Shown here piece by piece: positions 16,409-28,800 of a DNA stretch of 55,280 nt. Source of the DNA: a virus. Lineage: Duplodnaviria > Caudoviricetes. Position 1 is the first letter of the stretch; each line of letters starts with the position of its first letter. Location: positions 1-55,280 of the IMG/VR virus record IMGVR_UViG_3300033273_000069, one strand, 5' to 3'. The translations under genes were made by a program, and so were the position numbers. The notes under the pieces are model-generated. The model had not been told where the DNA came from. It ran no database searches and worked only from the letters and a program-made list of their open reading frames with translations.

Positions 16409-17172
16409 AAATCACACCGCTAAAGACTAATGACGCGACCGTATCGGAAACGTCAAAGACTTTGGTGTATGGGCCGCACGGATCGGGTAAGACTACCCAG
16501 TGCGCGAACTACGCCAAACGATACGGTAAGGGGTTGATCCTGTCAGGAGAGAGTGGACTATCCTCAATCTCTGACATGGCTATCGACTACTTACCTTTCT
16601 CGACATTTGATCGAGAGCCAAAGGAAGGACAGTATTCCTTCAAGCAACTGATGCAGTACATCAACTCTGACGACTTTCGCAAAGAGGATTACAAGTGGAT
16701 TGCAATCGACAGTGCGACAGAACTTTCGCAGAAATGTTTTGCGGACGTTGAAGCTGAGACAGCAGGATCACAAAACAACTTCGAGAAGTGGAGCGTGTAC
16801 GAACGCAAGATCACATTCGCTCTGAAGTGGGTGCGCGATCTGCCGATGCACGTACTGATTACGGCTCTTGCTAACGAAGAGAACGACGATAACGGCGTCA
16901 CAAATTACTGGCCCATGATGGTTCAGAAGAAGGTGCAGCGGTTGATCCCTGCCCTCTACGACAACGTGTTCCCACTTGTACGCAAGACATCGGAGCAAGG
17001 CGGTAAGGTTTCTGTTCGCAGATACTTAATTACCGACAACGTAAATGGGTGGCACGGCAAAGTACGCGACCCGCATCGTCGCCTCAAGCCCTTCGAGGAA
17101 GTGGACGACGTAACTGAACTTCTATCCCTCATTTACATGTCGGATGCTGAGTACAACAAACGGAGCGAATAA
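16405..17172 (+). CDS. AAA_24 / Sak4-like NTP-binding recombination protein
   Basis: LVYGPHGSGKTT, IAIDSATE, GWHGKVR. Confidence 0.88.
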   Translation: MKITPLKTNDATVSETSKTLVYGPHGSGKTTQCANYAKRYGKGLILSGESGLSSISDMAIDYLPFSTFDREPKEGQYSFKQLMQYINSDDFRKEDYKWIAIDSATELSQKCFADVEAETAGSQNNFEKWSVYERKITFALKWVRDLPMHVLITALANEENDDNGVTNYWPMMVQKKVQRLIPALYDNVFPLVRKTSEQGGKVSVRRYLITDNVNGWHGKVRDPHRRLKPFEEVDDVTELLSLIYMSDAEYNKRSE

Positions 17173-17173
17173 A

Positions 17174-17386
17174 ATGGAAATTAAAATCCTCAGACTACCA
17201 CAGGTAATCGAGTACACAGGACTATCCCGTTCATCCATCCTTGTGATGGCTAAAGAGGGAGAGCTTGATTTCCCGAAGCCTGTGAAGATTGGGAAGCGAG
17301 CGATGGGGTGGAGAAGCCATGACATCGAGGCATGGTTATCAAATCTCGCAGAACCAAAAGCATATGGAGAAAACGAAAATGACTGA
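17174..17386 (+). CDS. AlpA-family regulator / putative excisionase
   Basis: ILRLPQVIEYTGLSRSSI...FPKPVKIGKRAMGW...IEAW. Confidence 0.9.
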   Translation: MEIKILRLPQVIEYTGLSRSSILVMAKEGELDFPKPVKIGKRAMGWRSHDIEAWLSNLAEPKAYGENEND

Positions 17387-17819
17387 ATTTCTCGGATTAG
17401 AAGGAATGGACTTGTCTGACGTTGAGGTCAAGACAACACAAATCTTGGGCGTAGGTCGCCACGTTGTGAAGATCACTGGCGCAGAGGTGGAGAAAGACGA
17501 TAGCCGCAACACCGCGCGTTTGGTTCTTTCGTACGAAAACACAGACGGTTCCATTCGTCAGTGGATTTACGTGTACCACGGTGGGTCACCGAAGGCGACC
17601 GAGGTTGGCAAGAAGCAACTGAAAGAGTTGCTGTTGACCTTGGGCCACGACGGTAAAGAGGCACCAAATCCAAGTTACTTCAAGGGCAAGACTGTTGGTA
17701 TCAACGTCAAGAACGAGGAGTACAACGGCAAGACACAAGCGAAAGTGTCGTACCACTTTACTCCGAAGGAAGCGGCACCCGCAGCGGGTAAGCCAATGGA
17801 TGATGAAATCCCGTTCTAG
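17379..17819 (+). CDS. Single-stranded DNA-binding protein (DUF669-like)
   Basis: OB-like core and acidic C-terminus DDEIPF; follows the Sak4-like gene. Confidence 0.82.
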   Translation: MTEFLGLEGMDLSDVEVKTTQILGVGRHVVKITGAEVEKDDSRNTARLVLSYENTDGSIRQWIYVYHGGSPKATEVGKKQLKELLLTLGHDGKEAPNPSYFKGKTVGINVKNEEYNGKTQAKVSYHFTPKEAAPAAGKPMDDEIPF

Positions 17820-17828
17820 GAGGTAGGT

Positions 17829-18086
17829 ATGAGCTTTGACCTTACAGACAAGAATTGCTTATTATACGCAATAGATGGATCATACAAGCGCTCATTTAAG
17901 GTGCTGCGAGATAATGGTGAGTACCTCTACGTTGAGGAGCTTTCAGATGGGCACAAGGAAGATGGCGCACAGATCATCCGTTCAATCATAAGCAAGCAAG
18001 CTATAAGCTCAAATCCAAGCCTTTCACGGTTCGTCGTTTTTGAGAACTTTGAGGCTAGTGAAGCCTTTGAAAAAGGGCTGAATTAA
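17829..18086 (+). CDS. Hypothetical protein (visibly AT-richer insert)
   Basis: GGAGG RBS; 85-aa ORF. Confidence 0.65.
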   Translation: MSFDLTDKNCLLYAIDGSYKRSFKVLRDNGEYLYVEELSDGHKEDGAQIIRSIISKQAISSNPSLSRFVVFENFEASEAFEKGLN

Positions 18087-18089
18087 ATC

Positions 18090-18917
18090 ATGCATCCAGT
18101 ACACCCACTTGCCCAGAAAGTCGTTGACGCCATTGACGATGGGTACAGTAACGAAGATCACGGCGAAGCTCGCTGCTACATAGGGGCTTCGATGGCAGGG
18201 ACAGACTGCATTGCGCAGATGGCACTGTCCCTACGTGGCTTCCCCGACGTAGACCCAGATGCATCATTGAAGCGCATCTTTCGTGCGGGGCACCGCATCG
18301 AAGATTGGGTTGTTTGGGACTTGAAGAACAAAGCCGATCTTCGGGTGTACGAAAAGGATGATATGACTGGTCGGCAGCACAGACGAGAGTGGCTGAATGG
18401 TCATGTGGTTTGTAACTCAGATGGACTTGTTGATTTCGAAGATGGTTCGGGTCAAGCGATCCTTGAGATTAAATCCATGAATGACGCTAACTTTAAGAAG
18501 TTCCAGACGACTGGCGTTAAGGCATCGCATCGGAAGTATTATCGGCAGATGTGCATGATGATGGCGATGTTTCGTATCGAGCGCTGTTTGTTCATTTCGT
18601 ACAATAAAAATAACTCTCAATATCACGCCGAGATCGTTCCGTTCGATCAGGAAGAATGGGACACAATGTACGTAAAGATACAGGCTGCTCTTGATGGGCA
18701 GGCAGAGCGCGTCGCCACAGCACCCGAAGACTGGAGATGCAAGTCGTGCTTCAAGAGGGAAAGTTGTTGGAATGCTCCCGACGTTAGCCCTGCCTGCCGC
18801 TTTTGCAAACATAGTTTCGCCAACAAGAATGGTGGATGGACATGTAACTTAACAGGACGAGAAGTCATGGATGTCTGTGATAAGTATGAGATGTTCAGAC
18901 CAACACAGAAAGCATAA
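18090..18917 (+). CDS. Cas4-like PD-(D/E)xK exonuclease with Cys clusters
   Basis: IGASMAGTDC, GHRIE, SDG...LEIKS, YRQ, CKSCFKRESC plus extra Cys. Confidence 0.85.
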   Translation: MHPVHPLAQKVVDAIDDGYSNEDHGEARCYIGASMAGTDCIAQMALSLRGFPDVDPDASLKRIFRAGHRIEDWVVWDLKNKADLRVYEKDDMTGRQHRREWLNGHVVCNSDGLVDFEDGSGQAILEIKSMNDANFKKFQTTGVKASHRKYYRQMCMMMAMFRIERCLFISYNKNNSQYHAEIVPFDQEEWDTMYVKIQAALDGQAERVATAPEDWRCKSCFKRESCWNAPDVSPACRFCKHSFANKNGGWTCNLTGREVMDVCDKYEMFRPTQKA

Positions 18918-18921
18918 CTCA

Positions 18922-19152
18922 ATGGACACACTCAGAGAACTTAGTGATGCCCGACAAGGCATCATACGCAAAGAGGCTGAGATCGAAAGTATATACGAAC
19001 GCTTAGAGGCGTTGGATCATAGCAATATCGACGATATTCACAGAGCTAAGACAAAGCTGCGCCATGAAAAGGAGCGGCTCGTTGACCTGAAGTGTAAGGC
19101 TACCGAGTTAGAGATTGACCTTATGCGGATGGGATACTTGAAGAATGTCTAA
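18922..19152 (+). CDS. Small coiled-coil protein
   Basis: Heptad pattern; in operon. Confidence 0.7.
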   Translation: MDTLRELSDARQGIIRKEAEIESIYERLEALDHSNIDDIHRAKTKLRHEKERLVDLKCKATELEIDLMRMGYLKNV

Positions 19153-19483
19153 GCCTAGAGACTTACCGCTTGAAGAAGCGAAGCGGCTGATTAACGCCGA
19201 CAGAAATAAAGAGTACGGTGAACCGTACGATAACTTCACTGATATAGCCTCGATGATCAACGTGATCTTACGTTCGGTCTTAAAGGAAGGCGAACGTGTG
19301 AAAGTAGAGCATGTCGCGATGATTATGATCATCGTAAAACTGTCCCGAATGACGACCTCCCCTAGAAAACTTGATAGTTGGATAGACATTGCGGGATACG
19401 TAGGAACTGGTTGGGAGGCCATCGAACAGGACAGGAGGAAAGAAGATGTCCGACATGGAACTGGCGAGGAAGCAACTGACTGA
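19145..19483 (+). CDS. DUF6378-like protein
   Basis: ADRNKEYGEP..NF..IA...VAMIMIIVKLSR...DSWIDIAGY. Confidence 0.85.
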   Translation: MSKPRDLPLEEAKRLINADRNKEYGEPYDNFTDIASMINVILRSVLKEGERVKVEHVAMIMIIVKLSRMTTSPRKLDSWIDIAGYVGTGWEAIEQDRRKEDVRHGTGEEATD

Positions 19484-19799
19484 AGCGATCCAGTTGATAC
19501 ACGACGAGCAGTACGCAGAAGCGTGCGAGCACATTCAGAACGCGTACAACAATACGTTCAGGGTGTACACGCGCAAGAAGTCTGGAAACGAAAGCAACCC
19601 AATCACTCAAGAAATTCGTGATGGCGTACTATCAGACCACTGGATGAGTAACATGTCTCACAGAGCGCTTGCTGAAAAGTACAACATAAACAGCGGTAGG
19701 GTTTCTGAAATACTGGATGGTTGGTACAACGACAAGTTCGACGGGCCGCCCCCGATCTCTACTATTAGCCCTCCCCCAAAGCCAGAAGAAATAAACTAA
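19446..19799 (+). CDS. HTH DNA-binding protein
   Basis: MSHRALAEKYNINSGRVSEILDG. Confidence 0.75.
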   Translation: MSDMELARKQLTEAIQLIHDEQYAEACEHIQNAYNNTFRVYTRKKSGNESNPITQEIRDGVLSDHWMSNMSHRALAEKYNINSGRVSEILDGWYNDKFDGPPPISTISPPPKPEEIN

Positions 19800-19802
19800 G
19801 AA

Positions 19803-19827
19803 TGGAGGGGGCTAGTAGCCCCCTCCA
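19803..19827. terminator. Perfect 12-bp inverted repeat at the convergence of the two genome arms
   Basis: TGGAGGGGGCTA-g-TAGCCCCCTCCA overlapping the giant-gene stop. Confidence 0.65.
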
Positions 19828-22800
19828 AATCCGCCTCCGTATCCAGAAGATTTCTTGCCGCCTGCACCGCGTACACCCGCGACCGTATCGACAATACCTT
19901 CTTTAGCCCACGATACTCCGCCGAGAACTGGTACGCGCCCTGCAATTTCACGAACTGCTGCGCGACGCAAACCATTAGTTTCGTCATCATCCCACCAAGA
20001 ACGTGCACCTTGCATCACTGTTTGAGCGTCGTTGAATAGTCCGACAGTTGGGCCGCCGATAGTTTCAAGAGTACGTTGTGCACCGTACGCACCATTGTCT
20101 GTTTGAGATGCAATGTCGTACATCAACTCACCAACTAGACCTAGACCGCCGAGTGCAACCATACCATCGAAGTACCAACCCATAAGGATGTCCAAGTCCT
20201 CGTTCTCTACGAACGCCTCAGATACGGTTTCCGACAACTTGCGTTCACGTAGCGCAAACTCACGATTGTCCTCTCCACCACGACCTTGAACAACATCTTT
20301 TGCTCCGACCGCGATGCCACCCATTGCAGGGCCAGCTACGAGAAGGGCAGCCAGTGGGCCAAGGCGGTTGTCGCTCTGACCTACGAACGCTTTAGCGAAG
20401 TTCGCGCCACGCTCTGCAACTGTATCTCCACGGAATGCCTCACCCGCTACTGTGTTAATCAAGCGTGTCATCATCAGTGGGTATGACTTCAACTGGAAGG
20501 CAATCGCGCCAAGCGGCGTCTGCGCCCACAGAGGGATGTCATTTGGGTTTGGCGTGAAGATCATCTGGTTTGTTAGCTTGATCGTGGACGATGCCAACTT
20601 GTTCGCAAGTGGATGTTCTAAACCGCTGAAGCGGCTTTCCATGATCAAATCCATATCGAGTGATTGATCCTCGACGAACTCAGCTAGACCCTCTTCCCGT
20701 AAGATACGGCGAGCAATCCTACCAGCCCTAGAATTTGGACGGTTTTTCAGGATTTTGTGCTGCGCTTTTAGGTGTTCGTACGAAACTGCACCCGCAACGT
20801 CACGCATCATATCTGTCCAGGGGGTCAACAATGTAGCGTTAAAGAAGCCCGTCATGAACTGCGTACTATCTACACCATGAGCAACTGTCAGACGTTGGTG
20901 TACTGCGTTCTCTGTTGCAGCACCGATGTTGCGTATCATGTCGCGGTACTCTGGGTCGCTCGCAAACTTGTATAGAGACTTAGTGTACGCCCCAATGTCA
21001 CCTGAACGGATCAATGGAAGGATCAAGTCACCAAGTGAAGTTAGCGTTGTGAAGCCCAGCAGTGTCACCGCGTTCACACCACGCAACCACTTGGACGCAT
21101 TCTTGAGCGAGTACGTACCGTGCACTCCGTCGATTGGACGGCGCATCGCTGCGTTCATAAAGCCCTGTGCGTGCTTGAGGTTGTCGTTAGATGCGAGCTT
21201 TGTCAGCCCTTGTGTATCAGCTAGTGCACTTGCGATAGCTTTGGCTCTCTTGCGGAAGTTTTCACGAAGCATGTTTGCATCAGGATTTTGCGAAAGCTGA
21301 TCGCCAAGCAAGTCCATAATGTTTGCCTCGATCTCAGCAGCAGTCGAACCACGCTGCGCCATTTCGATTAGCTCGTCAGCTTTTATCTTTGCACCATCTT
21401 TGTTCTTGATTGGTGCGTAGAAGTAATTGTTGTCGAACTTCATCTCCTTGACGCCGTGATCTGATCCACCTGAACGAACATAGGTCGCAGTGATAATCTT
21501 GTTCGTGGATAGTAGCTTACCGATAACCTCACGCGGGTTCATCGGCTGCGCAACAATCGCCATGTAGTCGTGATACCCGTGTGCGCCGACGCCAAACTCT
21601 TGTGCAATGTCGATACGATGTTCGACGTTATCACTGTATTTGGTCATCGCTACGAGAATATCGTTCTCCATAAATACAGCAAGACTGTCGGGTGTATCAA
21701 AGTCTGTAAACTCTGGATACTCATCAAGTCTAATTACACGATTGTAGTCTAGGTGATCAGACTGATCGCCTGCCTTATCAGACATACGCTTGAAGTTCTG
21801 TGATGGGTTCGACAGGACGCCATCCTCATCAATTATGCGCTGCATAACCCGACGAGCAGACTTCTCAGCTTTCTCTGCGTTGCCGCCACCTTTGCGTTCA
21901 GCCAAGAAGTAACGAGTTAGTCTGCGTACAAACTCTTCTGGGTCAGCTTCGATCAAGTCTTTGCGCCAGATTTGAGGAACATAGTTCTTCTTAATCTCAC
22001 CAACAATAGCGCCAGCAGCACGCATACGGCCTACAGCCTCATCCAGATACCCGCGTGCGTGGTCATATACAGCACGCTCTGCTGGTGTCAAAGATGGAAC
22101 TTTATTGGCGTCACGTAGCGCACTCATCACACGAAGATGACTTGCAGGTTGGGTCAATCGACGCTTCGGATTGATGCCCAATGCACCCATTGCACTTTCC
22201 GCCATCATCTGCGGGCCAGTACGCCAGTAGTTGATGAGTTTATTATTGCTGTCAGGTAGCTGTTTCAGCAACTTTGTTAGCGGGATAACGAATTTACCCA
22301 TGCGGGCGTTCGTACGCTCGAAGTGCCCGCCACTTCCGTCCTTTGGCTCAAAGAAGTTAGCTAGGGTTTTAAGCCCAGAGCGATCCATAATTTTTGAGTT
22401 TGTACGTAGTGGATTAAATATGCTGGACTTGCGTATCTCTGCGGCTGCGTCTGACGGCATACCACGCCCGCGTGCGACAGAGATCATAGCTTCCAGCGTA
22501 CGCGCTGGGACGCCTGCTTCTTCTAGTTCTGTTGCTGCTTGACTAAAGATACGAACAGGATCACCACCAGATGATGCCGCCTGCATGATGCGACCGTTTA
22601 CTGAGTGTACGCGCGATGCTTCACCCAACACTGGTCTTGCATCTTCGAACACATCGCTACGGATGCCGCGAACATTGCGAGAAGAAAGCATGAGCTTCTC
22701 ATCGCCTAGCTCGATACTTGTAAAGCCAGCATCGCCCATCGCTTTCTTGAACTTGCGTACGCCACCTAACTTAGAGACAAGCTCTCTTGCCATATCTTCT

Positions 22801-25800
22801 GGTAGCTGCAAGCCACGCATTGCAGCAATTTCTTCTGCAACTCTATTGCGACCCTCAGATTTAAGGTGGCTAATAAGAGCCTTAACGATTGGGTGACGAA
22901 CCGACATATCGCCACTGAACACGGCAGGCTGTACGTCGCGGATAAACACTGGGTCTGTGTCTGCGCTTACGTTTATACCCATGCCTGTAAGTTCTTCGGT
23001 TAGAACATCGTCTAGCGTGTAGAGCTTGTCGATGTACTCGTTTGAAGAGTTAGGGTCGATACGTGCAGCATTGACTTTAGCGCGTGCCATTTCTAGCGCA
23101 TCAACCAAGTCCTCTACGTTTTCTCTCATTTCGGGAGACGCCGAACCAATGATGTCGTCACGACGGTTCTGTATTGTATTCATCGGCAAACGGGTGACGT
23201 AAGTGCCCCGACCAAAGACACCATCTTTTTGACCGTTGGTGAAATGCGGAACCATGTTGTCGTTAGTAAAGTCACGAACCGCCTCATAACCCGCCATTGT
23301 GTAGTCAAGCATGATTTCGTTGGCGTGGTCAATCGCGTACTCAGCAGGAACTGTGTCGCCATAGCGAGCACGAGGGCTGCCTTTTCTAGTACCAGAGGTG
23401 CCAATCATGTCGCCGTAGGCAGTGATAGCCGAGAAGCGTTCGCGTGCCGCTGTACTGGTTATAACGCCGTTCAGAACGTATCCAGCAGCCTCTAGTATTT
23501 CGTTGTCCAACTCCTCAATGAAGTCATCGAACAAGTCCATGTCCTCTGCGTCCATAACATTCTGGATTGCCTTGACTTGAGGGCTTCCGACATCGAGGTC
23601 AGAAACTTCAACAAGAATATCGCTGAATAACTTTTCTGGCGGAATGCCAAGGACTGCACTCGCCTTTGACATGACGTTGCGGGTAGCATGAGAAACGGCA
23701 TGACTTGCGTACAGCCCCTCACCTACAAAAGCTATTGCCTGCGAGATGTCGTCGCCACGTACAAGGTTCGTACCAACTGTACGAACGGCTTTCCTGTACG
23801 AACCGTACGAAGATGCATCGACTGACTGCGGTAAGTTCTCCGCTCCCAGGCGTGCAAGGCGTGCAGTAATCGTACGTGATACAAGTTCAATACGGTTGTC
23901 ACGGTGTGTGATACCACGAAGATACTCGCGCATCTTGACCGTTGCATTCTGCGGAATGCCATTTTCGAATGCTGTACCCGCATCTTGCGCCTGCTCAATA
24001 ACGATTGCCTTCTCGACGGCATTCGCTTCTTTGTTACCTCGTTTTGCAGCACGGTTCTGGTGACGAGTTCTAATTAGGTGCTTGATGATATTCATCGCCT
24101 GCTCTGGCGATGCACCCAAGCCTTTAATCGTTTCCTTGTCGGCAGAGAACGACAGCCCTAACACAAGCTCTGGCTTCTGGGCTTCAACGGCTTTGCCTTT
24201 GTTGCCACCGCCTTTTACCTTCTCCTTAGACTGCCAAGTGTTAAAGATCGCCTGCTCTTCTTCGGTTAGCGTGATGTCTTTAACTTCTGTTTGGACAAGG
24301 TGGTAAACACGTCTTGCCAGCTTGTTACCAAACTGTGTGGGGTTCCCGTCCTTGTCGATCTGACGACGATACTCAGACAGTGCTTCTATCAAGGAATACT
24401 TGTTAGGATCGCCGCCCTTGGTGCCCTTTACGACCTGACCCTTAAACTCAACCTTGTTAGATTTCGCTTGGGCGCTCATGATCTGTTCGAGAGACTTCTT
24501 AAAGTTGCGACGTTGTACGTTTACCGCACGCTTCATCTCTTTAGAGCGAGAAATCTTCTCCATCTTTTCTGGAGTAAGCCCATTGATCTCACGACGCGAA
24601 AGAATTTCGTCTGAAATCTTGTACTCAGGGATGTCACCACCCTCGACCTTCATAAAGACTTCATTGATCTGCTCCAACTTGCCGCGTGCGTATTTACCCA
24701 AACGGCTGTTCCATAGCTCGATCATGTCTTTAGGCATGTCTGAATGGTAGGTAGACCCGCCAACAACCATGTCATCGCCGACTTGACTTACAGTGTAGTC
24801 AACTGATGCAGTAATCTTGTTGATCTCTTCAGCAAGCGCACGCATTTGTCTGTGGCCTTTGATCGCTTGGAATGCACCTGAATAGCTTTCGATAAGTGCA
24901 CGATCTGTAGCAGTTGCCCGACCCTCACGCGTCGATGCGATTGCACGCTCACGCTTTGTCATGGCAATACCGCTAAACGCGGCTGATAGTTGACGAGAAG
25001 CTAGACCCATTTTCTCGATGTCATGCATATCAGGATAACCCTGCATTGCTTCCTCGAATGCATGTATCGCTTGGTTGATCTGGTCGTAACGAATACGAAG
25101 AGATGCACCAAGTTTTGTCTCTGGTGATTTGGGGTTCACAAAGCGTACACGACGAGCTTCGTCTTTATCTGCAATCATCTTCTCGAAGATTGGTTCCAAC
25201 TCGGGATCTACAATGTGACGGTTAGTGATGTGCTTCCAAAGTTTCTGGATAATTTTCGTAGCTTTTTCGAACACGCTCATAGGCGCAATCGGAGCTTCGT
25301 ACTTCTTGTGCGCCCATAGAGCGAACTGGTTAGCAAACAACTCACCTGGGTTTTGCTGCGCGTTAGACATGCCAGCAAAGTTCTGACCGTCTTGAACCAT
25401 TGGAGAGTACGCATCTAGCAATGTACCATCTACGCGGTCAGATACGAAGCCTCCGTCGAACTTACCGTTCTGGTCGTAGTATTTACTTACTGACTGCCAA
25501 AACTCTAGTTTCAGTTCAGGAGTAAGTAGGTTCATGTACGCCCAGTGACCAAGCTCGTGCATGATTGTAAAGGATGCAGATACACCCGTCTTTTCGCCAC
25601 GATGGTCTAGTGTTTTCCCGTTTAGGAAAATGTTATTGAAGTCTGGGCCGACATTACCTGTCGCTGCATCTGGGCCAGCCTTACTAAACTCTTGCATTCT
25701 CAACGGACGGCTTGCGAACAACCCCTGTACGTCATCTGGCAACAAGTCAGATAGGTTGTAATCTTCGAGGGGTTTGATTACAGGCGCAGATGACTTCGGT

Positions 25801-28800
25801 ACAATCGCTCGGAACATACGCTCGATGTGTGCAAACGTAGATGGGTTCATCTTGTTTGTCACTTTGCGTAGCTGCTTCACAGACTTATCAATGTCCTGAC
25901 CAGGCATACGCAAGCCCAGTGGAGCCTCTTTGCCAAGTACGTGTAGGTACGCAGTGATCGCATCGAGGCGACGGTTGAACGGTATTTCCTGCTTCGTACC
26001 TGGAATGTCCATGCGGAACGATGCATTTTCTAGGTCTTTGAGTACGTCAGCAAGTTCAGCAATAGTGATGCGCCCCTCTGACAAAAACTCATCAACTGTG
26101 CTTTCCATGATCATCTGAGAGTTTACCATGCGTGCGCCGATAAACAGGCGTTGCGCAATGGATTTACCCTCTGGTGTTGAAGCTAGGCTCTTGATGTCTA
26201 CTTCAACATCAAACGCCTCTTCGTACTCCATAGGAGCTTTCGGAAGATTGTCAGCAGACTTCTTCGGTACAGGCTGTGCACCGATGTCATTATTCTTGTC
26301 GAGTGGCTCGAACACAGACTTGATAATGTCTCGGTCTGTTGCCGCGCTTGGACGCTTCCCGTCTATCTCTCTTGGTATGTAACCGATATTGAAGTTCTTG
26401 ATGTCGCCCTTACCCAACATCTCTTTTAGACCAGCACCACGCTCTTCTTGAGCTTTACCTAGTACGCGAGGTTTTTGCTCAAGGGTCTTGGGAAGAAGTA
26501 CAAGGATTTTGTCATCACGTACAGCGGGCACATCTGGAAGCTCTTGCGATGTGGTTACGTCGTTACCCTGACCATCAACAACTTTCTTAGTAGCTGGGCC
26601 ATCTACGGTAACACCACCCTTACGGGCTTTTGCCTTTAGGATTTCTGTTTCTTCTTCAAACTTATCGAGGTCGCCATCTTTTGCGAACTTAGCTTCTGCC
26701 TCGTCCATCATACGCTCGAAGTCCTCGCGTACAGAGATGCCCTTCTCGTTCGGGTCTACGATCTTGTACTTCTCTTCTTGCTTGATACCCATGCGGGCTT
26801 TTGCAAGTGCTTCTGTTTCGTACGTGTCGAAGCGTTTGTACCCAGTCTTAGGGTTGACTGTCATAACGCCGAACACTTCTTGACCTTCGGAGGCAGGAGC
26901 TTTCGCGCCATTGATGTGCTGACCTGCGCGGGCTTTGTACGCGTAAATGCCTTGTACTACACCTTTAGTTGCTAGATCGTTTTCTGCTTTGGCGCGTGCA
27001 AGCTCACGAGTTTCGTTCTTACGAAGGAAAATGTCGTACCCTTCAGTAATAGTGTACCCGTCACTTGTTTCGCGGCCTGGGCGCAAGAAGGATTGTATCT
27101 TGCCAACTTTCTTCTTTGTCTCACCAGTTTTAGGGTCGATGTAGTCAGTAAGTACGCGACCAGCGATCTTGTCCATTTCAAGAACTTTGCCTGCACGGGC
27201 GGTACTGCCGCCAATGCCGTACGAAGTCTCGCCACCTTTCTGACGTGCACGCGTAGATAGCGTTTCCTTGAACTTAGCAATCTCTTGCTGGTTCTTAAAT
27301 GAAATGTACGTTTCGCCTACGTCACCGTCTAGCTGATCAATACGACGACGGATTGCAGCCGCGACCTCATTCTTGACGGGGGTGCCATCGTCCGCAGCCG
27401 CCTTCAAGAACGCAGAGAAACGGTTGCGTACAGAGTTGACCTTGAGGGTTTTGTAGAAACCAGACTTCTCAACGATGTCGTAAAACAAAGCATCAGCATC
27501 GTCAGAAATTTGTGCGGCTTCTACGTCTGTATCTTTTTTGGCTATAGCATCTTCAGCTTTAGCTAACTTAGGGTCTGTAAAGGAGGCATCATCTTTTCGA
27601 ACAGGCGTACCATATACTTCGTTTACTAGCTGCTTTGTATAAACAGAACCTGTCCTGCCGTTGAAAGTTCTTCCTTCTCTGGCGGCTATGTGTATATTTA
27701 TAGCCTGCCGACCCGCAGGAGTTATTTTGCCATCTTTCATATGGGCTTTATCGGCTGCAAGAATTTTGCCAATTTCAGCTTTAGTAAGGGGCTTATTGTT
27801 TGTTCCGTTTTTTTCGTTTGCCTCTTTTACTTTGTTGCCGTCTAAGTGGGATTTTACGGTTTTTTCAAGCTGTGCAGTCCAACCACCTTTAGTATCCGTT
27901 GAATACTTGACGGCTTTTACATCTGGGATTTCTGGAACTTTTGGGACAGCAGGAGCCGCAACGTCGCCTGCCTTTACCTCGCCGCCTGTATCTCCTTGAC
28001 CTTCTGCGTTATCGGTGTTGTCAGGTGTACCTTCTGCCTTATCACCACCTTGATCCCCTGCCGTATCTTCTGCGGGTGGCTCTTCATTTCCAGTCTTTGT
28101 CGAGTTAGGAGATGCTTTCTTTTTCTTAGCTTCGTCAGCTTTCCTCTGAGCTTCGGCAGCCGCTTCTGCTTCTGCGATACGGTTGCTACGAATGTCGGCA
28201 GCATCTAATCGGTTTACCCGCTCGATGTCAGTAGACGTTAAGATTTCTTGGAACTTCTTGTACTTCTGATCGTAGTCAGCCTGTAACGCACTTGTATTAG
28301 AACCTTCAGTCTTGGCTGTCTCTAGCTGCTTGGCAGTATTCTCTAGTTCATTTTCTAGCTGTACTGCACGCTGTACTGCCGCTTGTACGTCAGCACGCTC
28401 TTTCTCGATATTAACAAGTTCTTCTGCTGCATCTTCGCGTGCTTCAGGAGGCAAAGTATCATCAGCTACTGCGGACTGAGCCGAACGCTCCATGTCGTTC
28501 AGTTCAGTGATACGAGCATTTGCTTTCTCACCGAATGGTGTGCCTTCTTTCCATTCAAGCGCACGTTGTGCAGGAGCCTTAGAAGCTAGAGCACCGATAC
28601 CCGCACCGACTGCGCCACTGAACACACCTTCGATTGCACCAGATGTGGCGATTTGAGTAGTGTCGTACTCGTCTCGTAGACCCTGCTGGATTTGGCGAGA
28701 CTGCTGTAGGGCGTCAAAGCTAGAACCGATACCCGCGCCTAGAGAACCTTCAAGCAAAGCACCGCGTTTTGCGCCTGCCTTCATTGCGGCTTTCGTAGCG

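Noticed and set aside
18090-18917. CRISPR-Cas system
   Set aside because: Solo Cas4-like nuclease inside a Sak4/SSB recombination operon; no cas1/cas2 and no repeat-spacer array seen anywhere
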